A stretch of 64,000 nt of DNA from Octopus sinensis (GCF_006345805.1 NC_042998.1:75516001-75580000), one strand, 5' to 3'; shown: positions 10,528 through 24,841, counted from the stretch's first letter. Translations and numbers: made by a program. The notes: a model not told the origin generated them from the letters alone.

Positions 10528-10816
10528 AACTATATGTTTTTATATACATCTATTATTTTAAGGAAATTCATTCCCCAAAAGCACTAGGTATTGAGCCTGT
10601 ATTTCGTTGGATGAAACTATCACTTCATGTGGTTTAACCATCCTCTAATTAAATTTATATTCATATATATATAATTATGAATTAGGGTATCTACGAGATA
10701 CCACCATGCTGAAAATAGCAGCCATGATCTGACTCTAAAACCACCTTAATCGTCCATATATCAACACGTAGAGAAAACAAAGAGACAAGATGAAACTAGT
10801 AAAAAATTACTGGATA

Positions 10817-10875
10817 ATTCTAGATCCCGGATTTCTGACCTTGCATTTAGTAATGCTTTGCCTCGTCAGTAGAAT
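10817..10875 (-). ncRNA. Type I hammerhead ribozyme with canonical core
   Basis: Minus strand: attcta-CTGACGA-ggc-aaa-gcatt-acta-aatgc-aag-gtc-a-GAAA-TCCGGGA-TC|tagaat. Stem I is a perfect 6 bp, stem II is bipartite, and the cleavage triplet is AUC. Confidence 0.75.
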
Positions 10876-10972
10876 ACACACAGAAGCGAAACATAAATAC
10901 ATATATATATAAGCACAACATACGAATACTTACATATACGAACGTATACCTACATATATATGCACGTATATA

Positions 10973-11013
<41 letters not shown>

Positions 11014-11274
11014 CATACATACATACATACATACATACATACATACATACATACATACATACATACATACATACATACATAGTGAGAGAGAGCGAGAGAG
11101 ATGAGGTAGTTTTTGTGAAGCATTGTGAAGTAGATTTCAAAGAATGTAGTTGTGTAAAGCCGAATGTAAAAAATAAACTGCAAATATTGAAAAGAAAATA
11201 TAACAAAGTTGCTGTACTTGTATTCCTTTATTTCGGGTGAAGACCCCTTCCTCAGGACACTTAGAATGTCTTGA

Positions 11275-11498
11275 AGGTGTAGGCGTGGCTGTGTGTTAAG
11301 GAGCTAGGCGCAGGCGTGACTATGTGGAAAGAATCTAGGTGCATGCGTGGCTTTGAGGTAAGAAGCTTGCTTTCCAACAACATGGTTCCAGGTTCTGTGC
11401 CATCGCGTGGGACCTTGGGCATGTGTCTTTTACCATAGCTTCGGGCTGACCAAAGCCTTATGAGTGGATTTGCTAGACAGAAACTGAAATAAGCCTGT

Positions 11499-11545
<47 letters not shown>

Positions 11546-11792
11546 GTATATGTATATGCTTATGTGTGTATCTTTGTATCTGTGTTTGTCCCTCCACCAT
11601 AGATTGACAACAGTTGTTGCTGTGTTTATGTCCCGTGACTTAGCAGTCCGGCAAAACAGGCCGATAGAATAAGTACTAGGCCTACAAGGAATAAGTCCTG
11701 GGGTCGATTTCATCGATTAAACCCTTTAAGACGGTGCTCCATCATAGATGCAGTCAAATGACTGAAACAAAGAAAAGAATAAAAGAGTAAAA
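11275..11792 (+). mobile_element. tRNA-derived octopus-type SINE with triplicated 31-bp 5' head
   Basis: Head, internal (TA)n and 3' tail ...cggtgctccatcatagatgcagtcaaatgactgaaacaa, homologous to the copies at 947, 16495/17797 and 40034. Confidence 0.85.
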
Positions 11793-12449
11793 TAATAAAT
11801 ATATATATGATAAATAATAACACGGATGTTCATGTAATTATGAGGTAAAATACCCAATAAATGATTGTTGAGTGGAATGGAATTTATTCAAGGCTGATTT
11901 CTTTTATGATTCCCTACTTAGGGTAGCAAGATCCTGATTCTCAGGTGACCAGTTTTAAAATAATTGAAACTAATATTGTTCAGTACTTTGTGAAAACAAA
12001 TTGACGGAAATACTTTACAGGTAAATATATATTTCAGTCTTTGCTGTTTTGGGCTAGAAAGGATGTGGAATAATTATGTGAGTGCTCACTGTTGTTTTCT
12101 TAGATGATATTACTCCAGTAGCTAGTGAACATGTATATACCGCAAGGGTGTGTAGGGAAGTCATGAATGATTTGACTTTTATTGGTTGTTCGATGTGAAT
12201 ACCTGCCGGAAAGAAATAGGGATGACCTCTTAATATATATTACAAGTTAATGGTGGAAACTATTTTTACTAACGTCAGAGAAACTATGCACAAACCAAGA
12301 AGACTTTGACGTATTTAGGATTAATTTGAGTTGCGGCACTTAAAAGTTAGGAGTAATGAACAGCCAGTGTGCATGATAATAATTATTACCGCTGTCAGAC
12401 ATCGCCCGCTCTCACCAGGTTCAGTCACATGAATCGTTAGTTCAGGCTT

Positions 12450-13560
12450 TCCTGTACTATCCTTATACATTCACTGTATTTTAAGTTTGTCCAATTCTTC
12501 ATATGAATTATGTATGCAATTCAGGACTTTCCTCTTCTCTTCCCAATTTATTAACAGTAGCTATAAGCAATTTTTCTAATGAAGTCTTTAAAATAGTTTA
12601 GGTTTCTTTTTTTTTGTTTTGTTTTGTTTAGTATTTCAAGAAACTTTCTTAGTTTTGACGTTTTTAGTATTATATTATTCGTTTAAGATCTTTACGTGCT
12701 ATTTTCAAAAGTCTTTTATATCTCCGTGTCTCAAATGCTTGTAATATATTTGATAATACTTGCGATGTTTTAGCTCCATATAGTGAAGTGTAACATATTA
12801 TTTCACCTAGATTCTTAGCACGTACGTAGCTTTGCCTGACTCTTTTCATTATATTATATTCTGGGGTTTCCTCGTTCAATTCTGATCACTGCCCTTTTGT
12901 TTCAATATATTATTGTTGCTGTTTATAGGTCTATCATGTATGCCGAGTTCTGATAATCAGTTAATCATGTTTGCGCGTTTTACTCTGTCAAATAATATAT
13001 TAATATATAGTCCAAGAATCATTTTGATTTATGTCAAGGGCGCTTTCATGTATGGTTCTTTGGTTAAATATTCCTCAGCAGGTTTCCGTTCTTGAACCAA
13101 AATTACTTTGTAGTGACTGATCTCTTCATTTATTCTTCATATAGTAGTGTTTTCCCCATAGCTCTTTCATAATCTTGCCCTAAAATTTGTGCAGTCTTGA
13201 GTATTTCATCTTTTTCGTAAAGTTTGCTTTGCTCCAATTGAGAATTTCCGCTCTCATATATCATATTACGCCTGTGTTTAGATCTAGGATGTGCTTAGTT
13301 AATATTCTTAGTGCTCCTACTGGTATTTTATCTGCTTCTGTTGACTTTCCCCAATTTACTGACATTATTGCCTTTACTGATTCATTTAAAATGTTCTTTC
13401 TGTTAACAGTTTCGAAATTGCACAAAGGAAGTCCGTTCTTATCAATCGATCAGGGTGCAATCTTCTCTTGAGCACAACATATTTTTATTTTTGTTTTGAA
13501 TATTACCACTTTGTTTACTGCAATTACGATTTGATCTCACTTAACTTATCATATGTATAT
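12450..13560 (-). mobile_element. Highly decayed RTE-like LINE reverse transcriptase
   Basis: Minus-strand fragments resemble KSTEADKIP..., (Q)FWFKNG and LYGAKTS...LQAFETRRYKRLLKIARKD (RTE-type LLYGxETW...AFE..LxIxWxD). Many stops. Confidence 0.45.
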
Positions 13561-16494
13561 TTGGATTCATGCTAGTTATTATGATTTTCAGCCGCGTGGT
13601 ATTTGACTTGACTTTTTCTACATTCAGAACAGGATGTTATATTTTCCTGAACTTTATTCCCTTCCCCTTTCTTTCATTTTTGATAAAATTTCATTAGCTA
13701 TCAAACTTTTCTTTCTTTCTTTCCTCCTTCAAGGCAGCATTTTCATTAGTTCATTAGAAATATCTGCATACAAGTTTTAATTGTTTTAATTGTTTCACTT
13801 TTCTTCAGTTTGTTTTTATCAAATTGTTCTTGTACATTTTCATCGCAAAAATATTCATACTTTTTAACATAAATTCGTTTTGTATTCAGTTTGTTTTCGA
13901 AAGTTTAATTGTTCTCGTCTTTTAGCCACTTTCACTTTCTTAACTTTTATTTGTAATTTAATTATCACTGACTTATGGTCTGAATTGAAGCCTGCTCAAG
14001 GATATGTTTTTGCAAGTCTCTCTTAATTTCTAAACCGTTGGTTTATCAACTCGTAACATGTTATTTTCTTTTTTTATCTCTTCAACGTTTATAATTTTCT
14101 TAGTGATTATTGTAAGAGAGCGATGCTTATTACAAGGTTGTATCTTTGGACAAGCGGTCCAGTCGGTCACCTTTTGGGGTCCATTGCCTAATTCATATTG
14201 ACCACTTTTATTCCTGACACTTCCTGTGTAGAATTTTGTTCTTCAATTTCCATATATAATAGTTATATAATAGTTATTTCTTTAGATTTAGTCTATTTTT
14301 CATTTTTATTTTTTCGTACAATTCTTCTGTATTTTCATCGTTGCATCCTTGTAGAGGAGAATTTGTTTTTACAATGTTGATATCAAAAGGCCTTTATTTA
14401 GTTTATAATCAACTGCTGTCCATAATTATTCATTACCTAATCAATGGTTTCGCTATAAAGCTATCTATATGATTTTCGCTTTTCTCTATACTCTTTTCCA
14501 CCAAATCATATATTTTGTGAAAACTTGTCATTAAATTTCGGTTACAATTGCCAGGTATCCTACACACTAGCGAGTTCGTCTTTTCTTCTCTACAGTCTGT
14601 AAACGGATCAACAGCAAAAGATCAAATTCTGTCATTTTTATATGGTCTTCAAATTCTATGCATTTTTAACTAACGAAATATAAATAGAGGGTCCCTAATC
14701 CAATACAATGTAGGTGGGTACCATTGTTTTTATTCCTGGAGAATATGCCGTATGTACAACCTGAGTTCTGTCAATGCGCTTCGAACTTCTTCATCCACTT
14801 CATTTGCTATTATAACTTTTGTGCAATTAAGAGTGACATACCCGGACGAATAGTCCTTCGAGGCTACTAATAGCCTCTACTTATGTTAGTTCACCAGCTT
14901 CAAAAGTACTAGTAGCTAGTAGCGAGGTACTAGTTCACTCGTGTTTCCTACTCATTTCTTGGAGTCACGATTAAAAGTTGTATAGTTCTGAGAAATCAGC
15001 ATTCTGTCGGTTATTGCTATTTTGACTCAGATTTCAGGATGATAGGGTATTAGATTATTACTTCTAGAGAACTTACAGCAAACACGATGGTCTATATATT
15101 TATAAAAAAAAAAACATCAAATATCTAATGACGTGAAACTCGAAGTGGTTACTCAGAGCAAATTCAGCCATGATTAAATTGCATACACATACATACCTAC
15201 ATAAATACATACATTCATGACAAAATAACTGAAATTCTTAAAGCGTCTTTAGATGTATCAAGCAGAAGGTAAAGAGACAATATATTGAATAAGAAGCAAA
15301 ATTATAAAACAGAAATCCGATATGCTTAAACTGTAACATTTTATCTTGTGTGTTGAAAGGAACGATATAGAGCGTGTAACTTTAATGTTACTTGAAACAA
15401 TAGTATTCTGTATCATGCTGGTTGTGGTAATAAGAGATTACAAGAGGTTGTATGAGGTTACATAAATTTTGTAAAGATTGTTTCTAGTATCAAACTTTTG
15501 TAAGGAAAATACGTGCCAAACAGTGGTGGCTGTCATAAAATATTCTGACCCTTCGAAAACCAAATATGATAAAATCCAATCTATTTTGTTACTGAAGTTT
15601 TCATTTATGATTAATTTGAGTAGAATCATAAAATCGGTTTGACCATTTCTGCTATCCAGCATCAGGTGGATAGGACAAAGTTTTAAAACAAAAACCTTAC
15701 TTCTAAATCCAGTACCAAAACTGTTCAATCATTTCAAGTTTTAATATCTTAAACATTTTAAGTAACTTCTCAAAGAGATACTCAACTTCTCAAACAGATA
15801 TTATTTCTTATATATTCTCTAAGTATCCTTTATCATTTAAATGAAATGTTAGCTATTTCTTATCCTGATGATACACCAACAAAACTTACTTTATGGATGC
15901 TCATTCAATTAACTCTTGCTTTGCTAATACAACCACTATAAATTAAATTTCCTTGCAAGCCAGATATTGCTTTTGATGATTTATAGCTGAAGGTAACTTT
16001 AGAGAATTCAATTTCACATGCATTATTCCAGAATATGTCTGAATTACTTAAATTTATCAGGATTTAGCAATTTGTATGTTGTCTAATTTAACTAGAGAAT
16101 ATTAATTGAATATATTCTACATTTAGTTTATAATTTGTTCACAATTGACGGCATGAGATCCTATTACTATTCCATTTCCTTAGATGAATAATTCTTCAAA
16201 TATTATTAATTCATGAGGGTTCATTTTATATCTCTTATATATGAATATTCCGTTGGTACATAGAAACGGCACCAATAGAAAGACATTCCCACACATAAAT
16301 TTCAGTATATTAGCAAGAGAAAACACCGACAGTATGTTATATCTCGATTGGTGGTTAATTCCAGATATAAAAGTCTATTGTTACATATCGCAATACAAAG
16401 ATAAATGTGCATTTAAGTATATATAAAATTGCTTTAATAATACAATAAAAATTCCTACAATGATCTTTCATCTTTATTTTCTTAACTTTTGTTT

Positions 16495-16654
16495 TAGTCA
16501 TTAGACTGCGGGCATGCAGGGACACTTCCTTAAGGAAGTCTAACGAACGAGTCGATCCTGTACCTATTTTATTTTTAAACTTGGTTATTATTACCAGGTT
16601 TAAATATAAAATTCTTAACTACACCGGTTGCCCATACACACACATACATAATCA
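16495..16654 (-). mobile_element. 3' half of a SINE interrupted by a LINE insertion
   Basis: tcattagactgcgggcatgc...acaccggttg...cacacacatacata matches the reverse complement of the SINE tail. Confidence 0.65.
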
Positions 16655-17796
16655 AGGACAAATTTTTGAGACCATGAACCATGCGGGTAGCCAGCCTCTG
16701 GACTCTTTTGAGGTGCTGTATGTCTTTGAGGAGATAAGGAGAAGAGGCTTGAATCCCATACTCCAATATGGGTCTCACCAGCGTGACATAGAGTGGCAGG
16801 AATATGGCTGCTGTGAGCATTCCGAATGACCGTTGAATCAAAAACAGAATTCCGCGCGCTTTATTGGCAGCATGGACGCACTGGGCCGAAGGCGAAAAGG
16901 AGGAATCCACCAAGATACCCAGGTCCTTTACCTGATCGGTCCTCGCCAGCAGCAGACGACCCGGCTCGAAATCAAGTTGAGTTGCAGGAGTAGAGCCGAC
17001 AGGCAGATGACAGCACTTTGACACGTTCAGACACAGGTCCCAATCGTTAGACCACTTCCAAATTTGGTGGAGGCATCGACGAAGATCCTCTATACTACCG
17101 CGAGGAGCGACCAGTTTGATATCGTCGGCAAATAGAAGGGTGTGTTGCGTGAGGTCGTCGGGCAAGTCATTTATGAAGACTAAGAACAACAAGGGCCCAA
17201 GCACTGAACCTTGAGGCACGCCACTGCTCGCACTGGAGACGTCGGACCGCGAACCATTAACTTGAACTTGGAAGGAGCGATCTGAGAGGAAGGCACCAAC
17301 CCATCGTACAATATCCGGATGGAAACTATATGCTTGAAGCTTGACAAGTAGTAGGCGGTGGTTTACCGAGTCAAAAGCTTTGGCACGAAGAAAGGCTGAG
17401 GACGCTCGACCTTTATTCTCTTGAAAAACGCCGCCGCCGTGGTGATCTCATTCTCGCCCACAACATCATAAGCGGGAAGTGTAACCTCTCGAAAGAGCTG
17501 TTTTTCACTCCTGCTCCGGAGCGTCGGCTGCGGGGTCATTCCGAAAAGCTCTACCTGCGACGATTTCATCTCAATCGAAGGAGAGGAGCTTTCTCCGTCC
17601 GGGTTGCGGATCCGTGGAACAAGCTGCCAGACGAAATGGTGAAGATGCCGACGACCGCTTTGTTCAAAGCCTCCCTGGATCTCAAGTGGCCGGAACTCTT
17701 TACATGAACACCACCCTGTACTAAACTCCATGTCCCCCTACATGGCCTTGCTATTTGCTTTTGAGCCAAATTAACTAACTAACTAACTAACTAACT
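16655..17796. mobile_element. 5'-truncated and 5'-inverted CR1/L2-type LINE with (TAAC)n tail
   Basis: 17384->16655 (minus) is open RT: AKAFDSVNHRLL...GVPQGSVLGPLLF...LLFADDIKL...VHGLKNLS. 17385-17707 (plus) continues YEERLRTLDLYSLEKRRRRGDLI...WNKLP...*, then a 3' UTR and taac repeats. Confidence 0.92.
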
Positions 17797-17936
17797 ATTG
17801 CGAGTCCACTCACAAGGCTCTGGTCGGACCGAAGCTATAGCAGCGGGAACTTGTTTAAGGTGCCAGACAGTGGGACTGAACTCGGAATCAGGCAGTTGAG
17901 AAGAAAACTTCTTACCTCGTATCCACGCCTGCACCT
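17797..17936 (-). mobile_element. 5' half of the SINE interrupted by the LINE
   Basis: tccactcacaaggctctggtcggaccgaagctatagc...ttcttacc...ccacgcctgcacct is the reverse complement of the SINE head. Confidence 0.75.
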
Positions 17937-17964
17937 CGTGTACCGATGCATTGAAACAGGTAAG

Positions 17965-18184
17965 GAAATAATAATTTCAAATTTCTGTCACAAGGGCAGC
18001 TTGTGGGAGGGGATTAATTTGATTACATCGACACCAGTGCGTGACTGATACTTATTTAATCGACCCCGAAAGGCTGAAAGGCAAAGTCGACATGGGCGGT
18101 ATTTGAACTCAGAACGTGGCGACAGACGAAATACCGGTAAGCTTTTCTTCCGGCGTGCTAACGATTCTGTCATCTCGCTGCCTT
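17965..18184 (-). mobile_element. Second octopus-type tRNA-derived SINE family copy
   Basis: atcgaccccgaaaggctgaaaggcaaagtcgac...atttgaactcagaacgt...acgaaatacc...cgtgctaacgattctg. A more decayed copy follows at about 18200-18410. Confidence 0.8.
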
Positions 18185-20284
18185 CATATAAGAAAATAAT
18201 GGTTTCTGTTTTAAGTACAATACCAGTGATTAAGAGGGGAGGTATTTGGTTAACACTATCAATCTGTACAAGTACCAGTAAAATGCCGGTATGTAATTGG
18301 TACTATATTTTATCAAACCCAGAAGAAAAGTAAATTTGACCCCGGCAGGACACAGAATGTAAAGCCGAAACAAACACAGCATGTCATTTTTTCTGATGCT
18401 CTAAGGTTTATGTCAAATTGGTGTTTCTTACATGAATGTTGGACGAAAACAATGTTCACTGAATAGTAAAGTCAAGACATAATTTACATATCTGAACATT
18501 TCAATGTTTTTATGATTTGAATTATTTTGGTTACTAATTACAAATTAAATTTGAAATACTATTAATATCGAAATTATTTTAAATGGCATTCGGAATATGT
18601 AAACAACTACATCTCATTTTCATGGTTCTCCAACTAGCGTAATTCATATATTTTATGGCTAAAACAGGCATCAGTTAGTGAAATGTGTTTTCAAACTCCT
18701 TAAAGTAGGAATCATCCATATAACTTGCTTGAAGCATATCAGATGCCAATCGGACACCTTTCATGGAGCTCATTGTCAGATTTTTACCTTAATTACTTTT
18801 CCCACATTATTTTCAACCTAAAAAATGCTTCCACTTCTGGACACAAGTAGAAATATTTTAAATTTTGAGGTTATTCCTAAATAAAGCCGTGTGACAAGAT
18901 TCATGTCAGATTTGGCATTTGAGAATAAAGCTGTTGAAATGTAGAATATATTTAGCTCATAGCAAACCTAAAGTAATATTCTCAGACTGGGAAAGCTGAA
19001 AGAACTAATAATAGCTTTGATCTATGAAACCGCCTTTAGCTTAAATCAAATCAATTACAAAACCATGCTCTCAGCTGCCTGTCACAAATCCTTTCTGCAC
19101 AAAAATGTTCTTCAAAGTCCTTAATTATAAAGATAGGTTTTACTGTCTGCAGATATAGGAATTCCATTACTTACATGAAAGCTCCCCTCGAGCTAATTAT
19201 GAAGCGTTAATATGGAACTTAAAATAAAAAAAGGAAACAAACAGAGGAAATCCTAAATTGAAACAAATTTACATTCTACGTTATTTACCTTTAGCCTAGT
19301 TCATATTTGCATTCTTCAATATTATGTATGTGTGAGCTCAGATTATTCTACAGCAGACCATCTACGGATAGTACACCCGAAATACGAAACTTGAATGCTA
19401 TTACAAAATAATCGAGAAAAAACAATAAAGTCACAGTGTTAATATAAAACGAAGAGTGAGATTGTTATATATCCGAGTCAATAAGTCAGTATATAGCTGT
19501 GGCAGATATAGATTTTCCTTTCGTTATTCATCAAGCGAAAAATAAGCTCATGTAATGTATTATTAGAATCGTAGTTGACTACGAACCTGCTTTTAGAATA
19601 GCTCACTTGTTTCGATGCTCGAAATTATGTTAAATGCAATGAGTAGTGGCCGCTACATCAGTAGAATGATGGACTGAATTTCCTGCTGTATATATTTACC
19701 TTACTTTACTAAACGACGAAGAGTCTCTATGTGGTTTGTTTATTCAACCTGCTACACATAAGATCAAATGACCTTTAAATCATGCCTAACAATCTTTAAA
19801 ATGTAGAACAAATTGCATTAGATACGCTATACTCGAATAACAGACAGTACGATAGATCAAGGCTTAGCTGTTACCAAACAGCAACAACTTATGTTTTAAT
19901 TCAAATTGTTTAGCAACCAGCTTTGACTACCATCTATCCAACACTGATAAGCTATGAATATGTACAGATGTTGATGCTGTCTACTGTGCCGTTTTCCATA
20001 CTTCTCCAGACCAGTCTTATTATTATATTTTAAGCATAAATTGAGAGAAGTGTACGTACACTCTTATAAATAGGCGTTCACTTTTCTTAGTGATACTATA
20101 CGCTAAGTTATCAGAACTATACTTGATGTACAGTAAAAACAAAGATGGGCATAAATGATGGATTTCATAAATTCGTGCAGCTTTATTGATTTTGGTTAGA
20201 TAAGCAGACAAGTAGTTAAATAAAAATATTGATAGATATGAAGAGATACACAAACACTCACATATACATATATATGTGCATAGA

Positions 20285-20560
<276 letters not shown>

Positions 20561-23500
20561 GGAAGAGATGGATGGTTGGATAAATATGTGTATTCAAAGC
20601 AGTTCGTGGCGATGTATACATAGGAATTTGAAATTATGTATTATTTATGCTGTTTCATATTAACACCTTCATCAAACAACATTCAAAAGATGGAATAAAA
20701 GATTGAATTCTAGATTAAGGAAATTTTGAAATATTTAGACATAGAATATATGTCGTTTAGTTGATAAAAATCTTTACTATAAAACCATAAAAAACTGACA
20801 GCATGACAGAATAAATATTTTTGATATAAATACGAAAACTGTCGAACTTACATTAATAGGATTAGAGCTGTTTAGAGTTATTTTAGGATGTTTACCTGGA
20901 AGGTGTTTGAATCTAATGTTATACAACATTGGATAACGTCCAAACGTTTTTAGAAAACAGCAAAATTCTCTGATTTTATCATTAGTGAAGTACTGAAATA
21001 CTGTTTGTTGCAAATATTGCATTCTGTATTACTTATTTAGGTTTAAACACAATAACATATAAAAATATTTTTCGGAATATTATTTTGTTTTAAATTTAGT
21101 TTTGTAATTTAAATCTTTTATATGTATTTTAATTCTGTTATATGTATTTTAATTCTCTTATCATAACCATTGTAAGTCTTCTCTAATATTAAATATATTA
21201 TATAGATTTGAGGGCGGCAAGTTGGTAGAAGGTAGAACCAGAAGACAGCTGTTCTCAATATCGCATAGTATCTAATGCATTCTATATTAATCCTCAAAAC
21301 GAATGAGTTTCCCTGCTTGTCTTACTGTTGTCATAGCGTTGTTCTACCGTTGTCATAAGTTGCTGATAATATAAACATGTTTATCAATGAAAAGTTATTC
21401 GATTCTGTTATTATTTGTATTCAACAATAAAACCTGCATTTCAAAACAACTATATATGCGAAAGCTTCATTGACTGAAGTAGAATATCTTTTTATCAAAA
21501 GTAAATTTACTTTGGAAAATTGAAATCAAGAAAAGGAATCTCTTGAAAAAGAGTTAACAGATAATAGTTTTTATGGAAAAAATTGAGACAGAAAAGCTTT
21601 CATAGAGAGATGTATGTTAACCTATCGTCACGATAAAAACAATCCAGCATTTCAATTATATCGTGTTACAGAATATATTTATAGATTTATTCAATACTGT
21701 TACACAGTGTTATCTAAAATCCATTGATACCTTATGTAATAGAGAGCATTTAAAAGTCATTGTTAACGCACTAGTGACTTATCAATAGGTGTGGAATACA
21801 TCAACCTGACTTTTCATTACTCATGAAAACCTATTGTACATCTCTTTGAGAAGATTGCTTAAATATTTTATGGCATAAAAGAAACTTAAAACATAGTCAC
21901 AAAATGCATATTTATTAATAAATATGTTTCGATTAGGTACCGAAACATTTATCATACGCGCTATTTCTATTTACAAACTTGTTTGTAATTTAGCCACAAT
22001 ATAATATTAGATTAATTAGCATGACTGTATTGTCAATAATAACAAACAATACGACACAATTACAAAACCAAACTGTGGCACACATATATTTCCCTAGTTA
22101 TTTTATATACATACCTGCTGCTAATTATTACAAGATAAGTTCATACGTATTTCTTTTAAAGTGCTATTAATAAGAATTTAAATTTGTCTGCTTGTGCAGA
22201 GGCCTAGTCATAGGCCTAACTTTAGCGGAATGAGGTAATAACTAACAAAATAGAGTAACCCTGTACATGGAAGAGATGGCGCAAATCTGAGTTTTTTATT
22301 GTATGCTCGTGGAAATTGAGAAAATTCTAAAAACAAGATGGCTGTTGTAGTTAGAACAAAATAGACTCAATAAATATCGAGTATAATTTTGGGGCGTATC
22401 AATATTAACAAAGATATATTAAACATAATACAAATGATAGAAATGGCAGAGGTAATTTCAAAAGATGGGGGATAAGTTTTAGTGAAAAATATATGGCAGA
22501 GAATTGATCCCTAGAGAGTAATATGAATGTGGTTATGGATATAACGACTGTACAATTTCGAGATAAGTCTGCTGACCTGTGCTGGCCCACAAAATCCTGG
22601 TGCAACTTGGGTCGCAGTTAGTGCTTGCAGCTACACTGGTGGCATGATGACAGACCTCACTACAGAAACAAGTGACGGTAAGCAGAGTGTGGCTCAAATG
22701 AGATGCGTGGTACTGCTTAATTCAAAAGAGAGAAGGGTGCCAAATACATAAGGATATGTAACTGCAACTTCCTCTCCAAAATTGTTTGCCGCTACTACAT
22801 TTCTTGAAACTTGTTTTACTCTACTGTAAAGGCTACATTACTTTCAAAATTGTTAAATATTAAATAACATGATGCAAAGTGAGCCGGCGAGTTACTTCAT
22901 AGTAGCCTATGGAATTTGTAATTATTCCTAAAATCTACTAACGTAAAAAGTAGTCTATTCGTATACTCAATCATAAAAGAAAGGATCACTATTAGCTATT
23001 CAGCCATCATTGATCTTACGTCGACAGAATTTGCATCAATGACTGTCGCCTTATGATACTCACCTCGACAGAAGTACAGCAGCCCACGCTAGAAGGGAAC
23101 AGCAGTAACACACACATAAAGGTAGCAAACTGATGTGTCTCACTTCATTGTACAATGTAATGAAATCAACCCTTAAAACATTCCGACGGATGTGACAGCT
23201 TTAAAGTCGCAATCCATTGCTAGAGCAGTAGCAATAACAAATTGGACATGCTTTGACAGGTCACTATCCACAAGCTCATCAATTTGATACAGCAGTTTCA
23301 CACCTACATGCTGCTGCAGCCTTAACAACGATTAATAGTTACCTATCATTCATTAGATTATTTGCATAACCTAAACCCACCGAATATCTCTATTTTCATA
23401 CGGATCCCTCTTTTCAGTTAATCTAAAACATTAAGCTGAATGGAAAAAACAATAAACCTCATTTTTCACACGTATGAATTACCTAATTTACTAGGTAAAC

Positions 23501-24584
23501 ACAATTATATAAACAATGCTGCAATTTAAAACATATTTCACTGTTTTGGTTTTTTTTTTTTTTTTGAATGTCTATATTCGCAATAACTGTAAATATGTAT
23601 TATCTTGAATTGTCATAGCGACATAGGCAACACCACGCCTAAAACTTTTGTAGTTAATGAAAGGAGAAGAAAAACTGATACATTTGTATGGGTTTTTTTA
23701 ATCTCTGCGCAATCTCCATTATTTGTGAGAGTTAAAGTTATACAGAAACATTTACGACGATTGTGAATAAAAATTGCTAGGGACAATTTTTTATTCACAA
23801 GGGAACGAAAACAGTTGAGAATATTTAGCATATGGTTTGCTACAAGTTAGAGAGGTTCATCAAAAGCAATTAGAGAACAGTTCAACGGTGGAAACGATCT
23901 TACGTAATTAGTAATCGCCCAATATTCTCATTTTCTTTCTAACCTGATCCTCTGGAGTGAAACTTAGTAATATCAATATCGTTCATCTACTTCAAATATA
24001 AAGTTTCCTTCAATGGTTCTTGCTTTGCTTCCATTTTAATGTTTTGATGCAGTTGTCAAGGGAAAGATGAAGAAAATTTTCTAAGTCGAATTATTTTACT
24101 TTAAACACAGCACATACAGAATATGAATTTATGTACATGTGTGAGTATGTGCTTGTATTATTTTTATAAATATATGCATGTGAACACGCGCGTGTGTGCG
24201 TGTGTGTGTGTGTGTGCGTTGGGTGCGCCAGTGTGTAAGTGCATGTATGTATTTACTTATATATATAGGTATAACCTTTGGAACAATTATCGATTGGAAT
24301 TAATTTTTTTCAGATAATATTAAACCGCTAATTCCAAAGAGAATTCGTAAGCGTCTTTAAAATTCTAATCTTGAATGAAGAATATGACAGGAGTTATTGC
24401 ATAATTCTCATTGATATATTTCATAAATAAGTGTTCTTAAATAAAGATAAGTCTACATTTAATAATATTTATATTTTCAGCCTGTTGCAGCCTTATGGTG
24501 CATACACATGCATACACACACACACATACACGCATACATACACACACACACATACACGCATACATACACACACACACATATATA

Positions 24585-24625
<41 letters not shown>

Positions 24626-24771
24626 AAAAATATCGTGTACATTAGAACACATTAAGAGGCTTCCAAATAGGAAAGCCTTGTGCTAGAAAGAGCAGTAGAA
24701 AACTAAAACCACTAATTATGGATAAATTCTCGAAAGGATTGAAAATTAAAAACGTTTACCATCTAATTTAG

Positions 24772-24841
24772 TTCCTAGACCATGGTTTCTAACTCATTCC
24801 AGTAAAAAAATATTCACTCAGGCTAGTTTCGTCAGTAGGAA
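24772..24841 (-). ncRNA. Type I hammerhead ribozyme
   Basis: Minus strand: ttccta-CTGACGA-aact...agtt-a-GAAA-CCATGG-TC|taggaa. Stem I is 6 bp and the palindrome is ACCATGGT. Confidence 0.8.

Noticed and set aside
10791-10802. GAAACTAGTA palindromic stem III-like motif
   Set aside because: No upstream core or stem I partner.
11225-11262. Minus-strand CTGAGGA-agggg-tcttca-ccc-GAAA hammerhead half
   Set aside because: Stem III, the cleavage triplet and the 3' strand of stem I are missing. It is a truncated remnant at best.
15438-15728. 96-aa minus-strand ORF
   Set aside because: No recognisable motif, non-ATG start, AT-rich, and no convincing splice context.
23360-23367. Octamer ATTTGCAT near the candidate exon
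   Set aside because: The same 8-mer occurs several times elsewhere in this AT-rich window, so it is not informative.
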